DNA from: Octopus vulgaris
Taxonomy: Eukaryota
Assembly (NCBI GenBank): GCA_951406725.2
Contig: OX597833.1
Location: forward strand, 33,046,001-33,110,000
DNA: 64,000 bases
Direction: 5' to 3'
In this document: in pieces, positions 26,297-39,190 of the stretch
Layout of the letters: every line of letters starts with the position of its first letter
Position numbering within the stretch: position 1 is the stretch's first letter
Position numbers and translations under genes: made by a program
The notes under the pieces: generated by a model
Database searches by the model: none
The model's input: the letters and a program-made list of their open reading frames with translations, nothing else
Told to the model about the DNA's origin: nothing

Positions 26297-28928
26297 TATA
26301 TGTAAACAAATCAAATTGCGATAAAATCAAAATAATTATAATCGCTGGTATTTCTAACACAAGCCATATATTTTCCACATATCAATACATTAAGGCGAAA
26401 TATGTTCTAGGAACACAGAAGCTGGATAATTTAGTGAAATGAAGATAAAAACGTTTACTAACTCGGTTATTCTCAGACTGCAGTTTCTTTCTTTTCAGCA
26501 ATAAAGATAATTTATTTGCTCAGGGAGAATTCATCAGTGAGAGCCCTGTTTTTCTGAGATCCTAACTCACTAGAAGCATGTGCTTCTAATGATTTACTCT
26601 CTCTAACTAATCAGATCACTGCGCAGACTCCGAACGTCCCGACAAAACTAGGGATTTCTGGTATATCGTCTAGCGCTCAAAATTTATCGAGATATATGTA
26701 AACAAATAAAATTGCGATAAAATCAAAATAATTATAATCGCTGGTATTTCTAACACAAGCCATATACTTTCCATATATCAGTACATTAAGGCGAAATATG
26801 TGCTAGGAACACAGAAGCTGGATAAATTTAGTGAAATGAAGATAAAAACGTTTACTAACTCGGTTATTCTCAGACTGCAGTTTCTTTCTTTTCAGCAATA
26901 AAGATAATTTATTTGCTCAGGGAGAATTCATCAGTGAGAGCCCTGTTTTTCTGAGATCCTAACTCACTAGAAGCATGTGCTTCTAATGATTTACTCTCTC
27001 TAACTAATCAGATCAATGCGCAGACTCCGAACGTCCCGACAAAACTAGGGATTTCTGGTATATCGTCTAGCGCTCAAAATTTATCGAGAAATATGTAAAC
27101 AAATCAAATTGCGATAAAATCAAAATAATTATAATCGCTGGTATTTCTAACACAAGCCATATATTTTCCACATATCAGTACATTAAAGCGAAATATGTGC
27201 TAGGAACACAGAAGCTGGATAAATTTAGTGAATGAAGATAAAAACGTTTACTAACTCGGTTATTCTCAGACTGCAGTTTCTTTCTTTTCAGCAATAAAGA
27301 TAATTTATTTGCTCAGGGAGAATTCATCAGTGAGAGCCCTGTTTTTCTGAGATCCTAACTCACTAGAAGCATGTGCTTCTAATGATTTACTCTCTCTAAC
27401 TAATCAGATCACTGCGCAGACTCCGAACGTCCCGACAAAACTAGGGATTTCTGGTTATATCGTCTAGCGCTCAAAATTTATCGAGAAATATGTAAACAAA
27501 TCAAATTGCGATAAAATCAAAATAATTATAATCGCTGGTATTTCTAACACAAGCCATATATTTTCCACATATCAGTACATTAAGGCGAAATATGTGCTAG
27601 GAACACAGAAGCTGGATAAATTTAGTGAAATGAAGATAAAAACGTTTACTAACTCGGTTATTCTCAGACTGCAGTTTCTTTCTTTTCAGCAATAAAGATA
27701 ATTTATTTGCTCAGGGAGAATTCATCAGTGAGAGCCCTGTTTTTCTGAGATCCTAACTCACTAGAAGCATGTGCTTCTAATGATTTACTCTCTCTAACTA
27801 ATCAGATCACTGCGCAGACTCCGAACGTCCCGACAAAACTAGGGATTTCTGTTATATCGTCTAGCGCTCAAAATTTATCGAGAAATATGTAAACAAATCA
27901 AATTGCGATAAAATAAAAATAATTATAATCGCTGGTATTTCTAACACAAGCCATATATTTTCCATATATCAGTCCATTAAGGCGAAATATGTGCTAGGAA
28001 CACAGAAGCTGGATAAATTTAGTGAAATGAAGCTAAAAACGTGTACTAACTCGGTTATTCTCAGACTGCAGTTTCTTTCTTTTCAGCAATAAAGATAATT
28101 TATTTGCTCAGGGAGAATTCATCAGTGATAGCCCTGTTTTTCTGAGATCCTAACTCACTAGAAGCATGTGCTTCTAATGATTTACTCTCTCTAACTAATC
28201 AGATCACTGCGCAGACTCCGAACGTCCCGACAAAACTAGGGATTTCTGGTATATCGTCTAGCGCTCAAAATTTATCGAGAAATATGTAAACAGATCAAAT
28301 TGCGATAAAATCAAAATAATTATAATCGCTGGTATTTCTAACACAAGCCAGCCGTATATTTTCCATATATCAGTACATTAAGGCGAAATATGTGCTAGGA
28401 ACACAGAAGCTGGATAAATTTAGTGAAATGAAGCTAAAAACGTTTACTAACTCGGTTATTCTCAGACTGCAGTTTCTTTCTTTTCAGCAATAAAGATAAT
28501 TTATTTGCTCAGGGAGAATTCATCAGTGATAGCCCTGTTTTTCTGAGATCCTAACTCACTAGAAGCATGTGCTTCTAATGATTTACTCTCTCTAACTAAT
28601 CAGATCATTGCGCAGACACCGAACGTCCCGACAAAACTAGGGATTTCTGGTATATCGTCTAGCGCTCAAAATTTATCGAGAAATATGTAAACAGATCAAA
28701 TTGCGATAAAATCAAAATAATTATAATCGCTGGTATTTCTAACACAAGCCATATATTTTCCATATATCAGTACATTAAGGCGAAATATGTGCTAGGAACA
28801 CAGAAGCTGGATAAATTTAGTGAAATGAAGATAAAAACGTTTACTAACTCGGTTATTCTCAGACTGCAGTTTCTTTCTTTTCAGCAATAAAGATAATTTA
28901 TTTGCTCAGGGAGAATTCATCAGTGAGA
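26297..28928 (-). repeat. 397-bp tandem array (about 6.6 units), each unit with a type I HHR (retrozyme-like)
   Basis: TTCATCAG occurs at 26530, 26927, 27323, 27721, 28118, 28519 and 28916. Minus strand: tctca-CTGATGA-...-GAAA-ctgcag-TC-tgaga. Flanked by (TA)n. Confidence 0.9.
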
Positions 28929-29081
28929 TATATATACATATATATATACATATATGCATATATATGTATATATATATGCATATACTAGCATTAAAGACCC
29001 GTCGTTGCCGGGTCATAGTGCTAGTACATGTATATATGTGTATATATATGTGTACATATTACATGTACATCTATATATATA

Positions 29082-29362
29082 CAGAGATGTGCTCGCATAG
29101 CAAGTGATTTGATCTGAGATCGTGTGCTGAAACGAAAACAATTACAGAGTGGAAGGTGTTTGTAAGCCATTTAAGAAACACACAAAAGCCGTTCGATTCA
29201 CTTCAACATTTAAGAGATGCAGCACGGATTTTTGTCAGTGAACAGGTCGCTGATTTTAGCGACGAAAATATTTTGACAAATTAAACTTAAATGTTGAAGT
29301 GAATCGAACGGCTTTTGTGTGTTTCTTAAATGGCTTACAAACACCTTCCACGCTGCAGTTGT
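29082..29362. mobile_element. Fold-back PLE-type remnant in (TA)n, carrying a G3-C8 HHR variant at 29231-29280 (+)
   Basis: Absent from the 52346-53375 copy. Arms at about 29138-29214 and 29286-29362. Confidence 0.75.
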
Positions 29363-29975
29363 TATATATATACATCTACACATAAAATACAAAATACAAA
29401 GTTATATCTTGATATCACTAGTGATAACAATACTCAAAATATATAACAGACTGGAATTGTTAGCCCCTCTCTTGTAATTTCGATCAATTGTATCTTGTCC
29501 TCCCTCTTGTATAGAAGTGTGGCTACAATTCAGCCTACCTCTACTTCTGGGGAGGGGGGCATTTAAAATTTTTTTCCGGAACGTCCTACGTCCCAGATAT
29601 AAAGGTAAAAATAAAATAAAGTACTCCCTTGCACGCTCCGCTGACTCGAACCTTGCTTCTCTTGTGGCGAATTTACCGCCTCTGATTAGATAACTTTCAT
29701 AGTCGCACCAAGACACTTTTTGAAGGTGCTTTCCTCCATGTTGTTTTATTATTACCCACAAGGGGCGAACATAGATGGAACAATACAATCTGATGATGGG
29801 GTCAGATACACGAATGGGTTTTACAAAAAAGCGAATTTTAAAAATTTACAGAAAAATAACAAAATAGAATGGAGAACAGACCGGAAGACATTACGGATGG
29901 AGTGGAAGCGGGTTTAGCTCGGACCCCACGAGCCCCGCCTCCCCACTGATACTTTGGTTTCGTCTGGTTTTACAT

Positions 29976-32900
29976 TTATGTGGTAACATCCATTCGCAAC
30001 TTTCGTGCTACATTTTTCCATCGTTCTTCATACACTCTCCTAGTCAGGCATATTCTCTCCAGCCCTATCTTCCTTTTCAGGTGAAAGATGAAATAATTCA
30101 TCAAACCAGGGCCGGAGATGAACTTGCCTGACTGTAAACCTTTCATTCTCGTCTTCCATATCACCTCTTTCGCAATTGTTACTACAACGAGAAAACAATT
30201 CTTACCTTCTTTCGCGAGGAAATCTGGTGGGTCAATTTTTGTAATCGATTCAGTCGACAGCTGTACTCTTCGTGTGCTTGACAACAGCTGTTCGGCATAA
30301 ACCCACACCTCAGACACGTCCGAACAATGAACAATAGCGTGCGGGACGGTTTCCCTATCCCGCTCGCATCTTGGACATATCGGACTGTCTTGGCCACCGT
30401 GCCTTGCGAGTTTATCCCGAACAGGTAGAGCTCCTCTGTAGCATTGCCATGCCAGAGACTTCTGGAAGTTGTCCAGTGTCTTCGGCTCGAACGTACGTCG
30501 GAACAGACTGGCCAGCTGATTATCGTCGAGACCTAGGGTTTCCCCCAAGGTATCTTCACATTCCGCCTCTACCAACCTTCTATAGAAGAATGTGGTGGAA
30601 CCCCCACCGCAGGCGTTGCCCGAGCGACGGAATAGCAGGAGAGCCTTGCGACACTCCGTGTACCATGTGCCTAGTTTCCATCTACGATTCAGCCAGGTTT
30701 CCCATCCACCGAAACTAGTGAACTTGGGAAACATCAGTTTTGCTAGCGGAGACCACACCCGTTCACCATCCAGGTAGAGCCACAGATGTCTTAACCTCAG
30801 CGCATGTCTGCGCATCATCAGCCAAGGCATCCCTAGCCCACCCTTTAACGGTTGTTGACAGCAAGTAGAGCGTTTCACAAGTGGTTTCCCGCCCTTCCAC
30901 AAGAAGTAGAAGAGCTGTCTTTCCAACTTGATCAAACACGAATCAGGGCAAGGAACGACGGAAAGGCGGTAGGTGATAACCGATGCGATAAACACATTGG
31001 CCACCTCCGCCCTCCCTTTCAGGGATAGCCACCGCCAAGACCAGGTCTTGGCTACTGCAGCCACCTTGCTCGTTACCTCGCCCCAATTCTTCTCTATCTG
31101 GACCGAACCAGACCCCTAGCAGTTTAATCGGACCCTCCGTCCAACGTCCCACGACGCTGTCAGGAGGCATCGACTTGCCTCTCCAGGTGCCGAGTTGCAA
31201 GCCGACTGACTTTTCGCGATTAACTTTTGCTCCTGTCACCGTCTCGTAAACCTCTATGGCCTTGCCTACTTTACGTAGGTGGTCCATTTCGGTTACGATG
31301 ATGGTGATGTCATCCGCGTACGCTGACACCGATTTTCCACAACCTGGCTGTCTCGGGATGCTGCTCAGTTTTCGCAGTAATGGCTCAAGAGCCATCACAT
31401 ACAAAAGCGGGGAGAGCGGACACCCTTGACGAACCGAGCGCTTGATGTTGAACGGCTTCGACAAGAAGCCGTTCACCCGAACTACCGAGTCGATGTTGTC
31501 GTAAATTTGGATAATCCACCTGAGGAAGCCGAGGCTCAGCCCGAACTGTGCTAGGGCAGATACCAGGTAGCGATGGTCGACCCTATCAAATGCTTTAGAT
31601 TGGTCTAAATGGACCAGTGCTCCACCCTTGCCAGAATCGCTATTAAACCCCTCTATAGTGTACCGCATAAGATGGAGATTATCCTGAATGGTTCTGCCCG
31701 GAACGGCACATGTCTGTGCCTCCCCGATCAGACCATCCGCGACACGCGCCAATCTTTTCGATAACACTTTGGCCAAAATCTTCAACTCTCTGTTTAGCAG
31801 AGTGATGGGCCTAAAATTATCAATGCACTCCCCCTTGCTCGGGTCCTTTCTAACGAGTGTCACTACTCCCCGGCGCACAGATCTGGGTATGAGCCCGTTC
31901 TGCTGCCAGTTCGCATAGACCTCCGCCAGTAGGTGCCCGAACAAGTCTGGCATACTCTTATATAACTCATAGGGTAGACCATCTAAACCCGGCGCCTTGC
32001 CAGCGCCGCAGTCCGCCATCGCCTCAACCACCTCCCCAGGCGTGATTGGCCCTTCACAGCCCTCCGCATCTCGCCCCGATAAGCGCGGCAGCCCGTCGAG
32101 GAGGTCCGTAAAGGCCCTCCTCCTATCCAGTCCGCCGCACTCACCGAAAAGCTGAGCGAAGTGCTCCTGAAAGGCCTCACACATCTCCTCGGGCTCATTT
32201 ATCAACTCACCTCGTTGGTTCGTCATAGATCGAATCGTGGCATCGTTACCACGCTGAGCTTCCACCACTCGGGCCCATCTCACGGCGTTGATTCCTTCAC
32301 AACCCATATGGCGGATCCTAGCCCTGACAATGCAGCCCATGTGTTTGGCCTCGAGGTGCTGGTTTAATACCAGTCTCTTGGACATCACCTGAGCCGCAGA
32401 GCCAGTTTTCAAGGCTTCCTCTAATTCCTTAACTAGAGTAGATTCCCTCCTAGCCTCTCTAGCCTCTCTAGCCACTACTCCTATGCTATATCTAATTGAC
32501 TCGAATTTGATGGCTCGTTTGAGGGCGTACCACCATTTGTTATTAATGATGGTACCCGATAGTGCCCTCTGAATTATAGTCCTAATCCGGTCTTTGTACT
32601 CCTTAATCGCCAAAAGGGACGTATTAAGTTTCCAGTAACCGGACCCTCTATTTTTAACCTTATCTATGTCAAGCTTACAGGTGACCATTTTATGATCACT
32701 GTAGCTGACCAGGTAAAACTGTGGACACTTAGCTATTTTTCTGTCTACTTTTCTAATTAGTATCCTATCTAAATATGACCTGGAAGATCCGTCGCTGTTT
32801 GACCATGTCCACAATGGAGCGTTCGGAAATTCCAACCTATAAGGATCTGCTAGCTCACAGCGGCTTAGCAGTTCCATGAAGCCACTGTTTCCTTTTCTAT

Positions 32901-33372
32901 CTGGACGCGAGCCAACACAATCTACATCCGCTTTGCAAATTGTGTTAAAGTCACCTAGCATAACTAATGAATGCGAAGTACCAAGAAAGTTTTCCAGTTC
33001 TCGAAAATAATCACTTTGCCCTTTATGGTTGGGTGCGTAAATTGCAACCAGTCTGATAACTTTACCGCTACTGAACGTCAAATCCATGACGACCAGCCTA
33101 CCTTCTGGATCTGCAAAAATTAACTTTTTCTCAGAAACCCGGTTTCTTTTTAATAGGACCAACACCCCACCCCCGCCTGTAGGACTGCCAGGAGAGAAAA
33201 AACTCTCGTAGCCGTCAAACAGCGGGAGTAGACCTCTTGGTCCCTCTAACCGGATTTCTGTAGCAACAATAACATCTAAATTACGCGACCTGATATCATT
33301 AAGGAAGCGACCTTGCTTCCAGCTTGATCCCAGGCCGCGCACATTCAAACAACCAACATAAATGTAATCCAT
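29976..33372 (-). CDS. LINE ORF2: APE endonuclease, reverse transcriptase and C-terminal CCHC finger (one frameshift near 31095)
   Basis: LNVRGL, IYAPN, GDFN, YLDRI, SDH; PGLDGL, FRPITLLN, KAFDRV, RQGCPLSP, YADD; CPRC..ETVPHAIVHC. Confidence 0.93.
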
Positions 33373-33380
33373 TACTTACC

Positions 33381-34704
33381 TTATATCAGTGATTCGGTTT
33401 TTTCTTTTTCTTCTTTGTTTGTCTCTTTTTCTGGGCCTCGTGGGGGAGTCTGACGCAGGCCCTCGAGTATATATGGATATGTTATATCGATTCTGAGCGG
33501 GCCCACGTCATGAAAGAATTCGGACTTTATCCGCCCGTAATCCTTCCGGCCTATTCTGTACACTATATAGTCATTTTTTTTTTCCTATTTTTTCCACTTT
33601 GGCCATAGCTGCCAACACATTCCCGAGTCTGTTGTTCGATGCCTTAACGGCCATAAATGAGTTCATCGACTCTCTTTTCTTCTTTTGGATCACTTTGGGA
33701 GGGGTGGTTTCAGTTTTTCTTTTTTTTGTAGTAATTTTTGACCAGCCCTCCTCATTTTTCGTTACCTCGCTCTTTTTTTCCTCCGTCGCTGGTTCCGCTG
33801 TCTCTGTCACCTCCACACCTTCAGCCGTCCCTTCTGGGCCGCCCGGCGCTGCTACTGGTGACACTTCTTCTTCTTTTCCACCTGGTTGAGCTGCTTCCTG
33901 CGGTTTGGGTTGGGGTTGGCATTCCGCCCTTACATGCCCCTTCTTGCCGCAGCCGAAGCACCTCGGCTTTCTGCCCTCTACGAAAACTGTTACTCTATCT
34001 TCTTCGCTTATTTTTAGAGTCTCTGGAATCTCCTCCGGTGTTTGAATTTCTGCCTGGATGGCTATTATTATCCGCTGTCCTTTCCAGAATTCTTCTTCCT
34101 CTACTGTGGCCTGAAGGATGTTTATTTTTTCCTCCAGGCCTACCATAACTGCTGCCACCAGACATTCGGCATCCGCTTCTGGCGGAATATTATTCATGGT
34201 GATTTTTGATGTTCTTTTTCCTCTATACAGGGGGAGGAGAACAATGTTCTCCGATTTTATTGGCTCCATAGATAGTTTTTTAGCTATCTCCTCTGTTGTG
34301 AATCGCACCTCCACGGTGCCGTATCTCTTTCCTCTATTGATGTATGTGATCTTATCCATTATTGGTTTTAAGCAATTTTCGATTTTTTTTTCCTCAATTT
34401 TTTGTATCATTTTGCTTGTTGTATTAAAGGTCTTATAAATTATTATTCTTTTAGCAATTTCTTCCTGTTTTTGGGCGTTTGTGACCACTGTCACTTCCGT
34501 GCCCTCTTTTGTCACACAGTCCGCATATTTCTTTAGGTATTCGACGTTTATTTTTTTGATTTTCTTACCAGCTACTTCTGAAAATTTTTTCGCTGGAGCT
34601 GGAATATCTTTTTTCATTGGCGACACCGCCTCTTTTTTCTTTGGCGACACCGCCGGTGATTCTGCTTCACTAGTCACAGGGGAATATGTGATGGGGGATT
34701 CCAT
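33381..34704 (-). CDS. LINE ORF1 (CCHC zinc knuckle); the 33381-33563 ORF is probably its C-terminus after a homopolymer frameshift near 33575-33583
   Basis: CFGCGKKGHVRAEC knuckle. Likely start MESPITY at 34704. The continuation ends 8 nt before the ORF2 ATG. Confidence 0.85.
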
Positions 34705-35529
34705 CTCGAACAACTGGCTTAACAAGCCCTTGGCACAACCAAGATAAGTGATATTTTTTCCCCCACGGAGGGGGGAACACCACAACGAAGTCCTCGCACG
34801 AAGGCTGACTTCAACAGTTGTACAGCAATAAACAAAGACAGGTAGACACACAGTAGAATATAACGGAGAAAATATATACGATGGCAAAAATATAATAACT
34901 TACTACACACGTGGATTGCTTTCCCCCATGCGTTCAAATCTTTTTTCTCTACATTGTATACTTTATAGACAATAGTCTTTTCTTTAATTTAATTTTTTAT
35001 TATCCATCTGGACTATTCCATTTCTGCACGCTAATTTTAGTTTTAATTTATCCCCATTCATGTGAAACCACTTATTAAAGTTCAAGTCATTGATGCAATT
35101 TTATACCAATTGCTATTTTTACTTTTTTATGTTACGATTATATTACACTTTAGTTTGATTTTAATTATTACTTACTACATATAATTCAATTGTTATAATT
35201 ATTTTTATTGTTAAAGTGAAAGTATCTGACATAAAATAGAGAAATGTTTTTGTTTCACTTTTAACACGTAATACTGAAATAGTGGAGAAGTTATGATATT
35301 GCTATGGGCTCGCTCTAGCCAAAAAGTTGAACATTTTTTCCATGAAACTACATGGACCCTAAGTAAGGCATGTGTAAAATTTGAATGAAATTGGTAGTGT
35401 AGTTCTCAAGTTTTAGGGAAACACACAGACAGACAGACACACATTCTCAGTTTTATATATATATATGTATGTACATATATGTATGTATATATGCATATAT
35501 ATATTATTTATATTATATATATATTATTG

Positions 35530-35935
35530 TTTAATTCTTTCACTTGCTTCAATCACTTGACTGCGGCCATGCTGGAGCACCGCCTTTTTGTCAAAGGAAC
35601 CGACCCCAGGACTTATTCTTTGTAAGACTGGTACTTATTCTATGAGTTTTTTTTTGCCGAACCGCTATATTACAGGGATGTAAACATACTAACATCGGTT
35701 GTCAAGCGATGGTTGTGGGGACAAACACAGATACAAAGACAAACACAAATACATATGTGTGTGTGTATACGACGAGTTTCTTTCCGTTTCCGTCTAAGAA
35801 ATCCACTCACAAGGTTTTAGTCGGCCCGTGGCTATAGTAGAAGGTACTTGCCCAAGGTGCCACGCAGTGAGACCGAACTCAGAAATATGTGGTTGGGAAG
35901 CAAGCTTCTTATCACACAGTCACGCCTACGCCTGT
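35530..35935 (-). mobile_element. tRNA-derived SINE, second family (partial copies at about 38705-39115, 41240-41380, 61430-61575)
   Basis: Shared gcggccatgctggagcaccgcc, ttgccgaaccg, tcggcccg.ggctatagtagaag..acttgcccaaggtgc. A-box/B-box-like head on the minus strand. Confidence 0.8.
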
Positions 35936-36169
35936 ATATTTGAGTTCGTGTCTATGTATGTAAATATATATGCATATATATATAGATAGGTGTTTGTCTG
36001 GGTGTGTGTGTATTAAAGCAGAAACCTGGAAAATGTTATTATTTATTCCATATTACATTTTTCTTCACCAAGAGGTAAACATGTAGGAAAACCTGTATAA
36101 CATCTCCTAGTAGCAATTCATCAGATATTAAAATAATACAAGCTTACATTAAATTGAGCTGCTTACACA

Positions 36170-36212
<43 letters not shown>

Positions 36213-36778
36213 GGTAATAAAAACAGGACAGTAAAAATACAAGACAGTAAAAATACAAATAAAAATAAAAACAGTAAACGACAGGACAAATAGAACAACA
36301 GTAATACGAACGTTAAGGGCTGTTAAGCCGAACGAAGAGATGTTATTTTGAACGCGTGAAAACATCGGCATAAGAAAGGAATAGAATGCCGTCTACACCT
36401 GTTGAAGACTGGGGTCAGAAAGACAGGACCCTGGTCACATGTCAGTGACGAGAAGGAGGAGGAATAGTAAGAGAAAGGGAACGGTGAAAGGGAGAGAATG
36501 GTAGAGAAAACCAGAAAGAATGAAGAATGAGCGAGAGGGGGACAGTAAGGTTAGAAAAATAGAGACAGTAAGGTTAAGAGTGCGCATCAATAATTATTAA
36601 GATAAAACTTACTTGGAAGAGGGTGCGTGGCGTTTCGTCATATAGTAACAAAATAATAAATAAAACATATGCATATATACATATATGTACGTATCTACAT
36701 CTATATGTATATATACATGCATATATAGGTACAGGACACCAAAAAAAAACGTCGAACACAAAGAGAAACGAAAACATG

Positions 36779-36817
<39 letters not shown>

Positions 36818-37807
36818 CAAACTAGGACGACTGACTGCCATGTCTAGCACACAGGTATAACCTCCACCGACAAAGGTTTATACCCTGAAACTAGAAGGTC
36901 TACTGGTTCTGTCATCTCTAGATGGGAGTTGTTAGCTCTATTGTTTGCAATATAACGGACATAGTGTGTCGTCAACCAGGTGGAGGGAATGTCCTCCTGG
37001 TGTTACAAAGAGTATTAACAATGTTCTGTATGGAACAACCACGTTGAGGTGGTAACAACCGTTATATATATATATATACACCGTATACTCATATTCACTT
37101 AAAATTATAAAAATGCATATTTCTTTTTAATCAGAGAGTATATTTTACAAGTGACAGAGAAAACTAGAATATTAATGTTCATTTCTTTTACAAGCGCTAT
37201 GTTAATGTGCAAAGGTAAAATGTGTTCAACAAATTTTCGAATCGCATCTTGTTAAGAAATTCAGTAAAGCGCACTCGTAAAATATGTCGCTCGCCAGGTT
37301 TATCGCTTGGTAGAACCGTTAGGAAGTCAGCCAATATGCCCAGCAGTATTTAGCTACAAATGTTTAGGAGATGAACAAAATTTCTTCTGAAGACAAGTTA
37401 GACTTTCATTCCTCCGGATTTGATAAAATGATGCTTTTTCCATGTACTGAAGTCGATGTTATCAAAAATACTTCTTCAGGAAACACAATAATTTGTGGCT
37501 ATATTCAAAATATATATGTAAGAAAATTTTTGTTATGTCCACAATTAGATGTTATTTTGATAATGAATATTATGAAAACTAAGCGAATTGGTTTTATGAT
37601 ATTACTAGTTCTCACGGAAAGGGACCAAAGAAATACTTGACTCAATTTGGTTTTTGAATGCCTAATGCTATGGGTCAGAAGTAAATGCTGCAAAGTTCAG
37701 CTTCATGCACTACTATTTTTGATATCAAACATAAACATACATACATACATATGTATATCCGTGTGTAAGTATATATATATATATATATATATATATACTA
37801 TATATCA

Positions 37808-37853
<46 letters not shown>

Positions 37854-39156
37854 ATACATACATATATATATATACATATATATATATATAATACAAAAAT
37901 GGGACAAGAACGCAGAAGCAAAACACCCAGACAGGTAATACAAAAAAAAGGGGACAGCAAAATATCCTGACAGACAATACAAAGAAAACAGGGACGGATC
38001 ATTCGGAGTGTTCTTTCTTCAGTCGAGTTCCAGATTATCCTTGCAATTTCGGCTGGTTATACTCGAGATTGCTCCAATCTGACCAGCCCCAAGGAAAAAC
38101 TACGCTAAGAGCATTAGATTCCTTAGAAGAAAGTAGCAAATGTATACGAAAACAATGACGGAAAAAAACGGAGAAATGTTACACAAATACAAATGCAATT
38201 AACAGGACATAACAACAGGTGTCTTTCGACTAAGGACGTATTAAATTAAGGTGATGTGTGTGGAAGTAAAGCCTTACGACAGGGACATAAGATTAGACAG
38301 ACACAGGGAGGAATATAGATGTTGCACGGATGGTAGTCGAACCAAGAAAGAAAGGTCAGGCTTGGCCGAATACCAGTCACGTGGGAACAGAAGAGAGAAA
38401 GGTAGAGGCAGATGGATAGATGAATAAAGGAGGGGTGAAAAAAATGAGACACAGTGAAGTGAAAGAGGACGGAAAGTGAGCATGAAGAGAAGGCCAAGAA
38501 ATGTGAGAGAGGGGGAACGAAAGAACGAAGTAAGTGTGAAAGGGTTGATAGAAAGAATGAAAGAATGAAAGAATAATAAGAATAATAGGGTCGTACAAAA
38601 TTTAGATATTTTATGGATCAAAACAGTTTGATTCAAATTCTTTGGTACACTTGAGTTCCAAGCTTGATGCTAGTCGTCAGCCATTTTAAATTTGGATGTA
38701 TATATATCTTGTTTCAGTCATTAGAAAGTGGCCATGCTGAGGTACCACGTTTAGTTTCTTTTAGTGAATGAAGTGAGCGCAAGAATTATTTTCCAAAGCC
38801 TGGCACTTATTCTATCGGTTGTTTTGTCAAGCTGCTACGTTACTGGAATATAAACACACCAACACCGGTTGCCAAGGAGTAGTGGAAGGGAGAAACACAG
38901 ACAAAATACAAATTCACCCCACCCCACCACACACACAGACTCACACACATTATATATATATATATATATATACGTCGGACGTCTTTCAGTTTCTGTCTGT
39001 CAGATCCATTCACAGGGCTTTGGCTGGACCGAGGTTATTGCCAAAGACAATTGCCGCGTTGTAGAACTGAACCCAAAATTATTTGGTTGGGCAGCAGGCT
39101 TCTTACCACTTCTCCGTTTTTTTCCGTTCTCTCTTCATATTTTTGCCACTCACCCC

Positions 39157-39190
39157 TTTCTGTCGAAGAGCGTATGCTCGAAACATCAAA
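39157..39190 (+). ncRNA. HHR-like motif with CUGUnGAA core
   Basis: ttt-CTGTCGAA-gagc gtat gctc-GAAA-ca-TC-aaa; related copy at 59154-59189. Confidence 0.5.

Larger units (their letters stand above)
29741..34916 (-). mobile_element. Full-length L1/Tx1-clade LINE with 14-bp TSD
   Basis: TSD TGCTTTCCTCCATG (29727-29740) / TGCTTTCCCCCATG (34917-34930). The site is single-copy in the empty element near 52819-52832. Confidence 0.92.
28985..35462 (-). mobile_element. Non-coding Helitron-like repeat interrupted by a fold-back element and a LINE
   Basis: Terminal CTAG plus hairpin gacccgtcgttgccgggtc. Colinear with the uninterrupted copy at 52346-53375. Confidence 0.8.

Noticed and set aside
26297-28928. 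CRISPR-like array
   Set aside because: Units are identical along their whole length with no unique spacers, and the context is eukaryotic.
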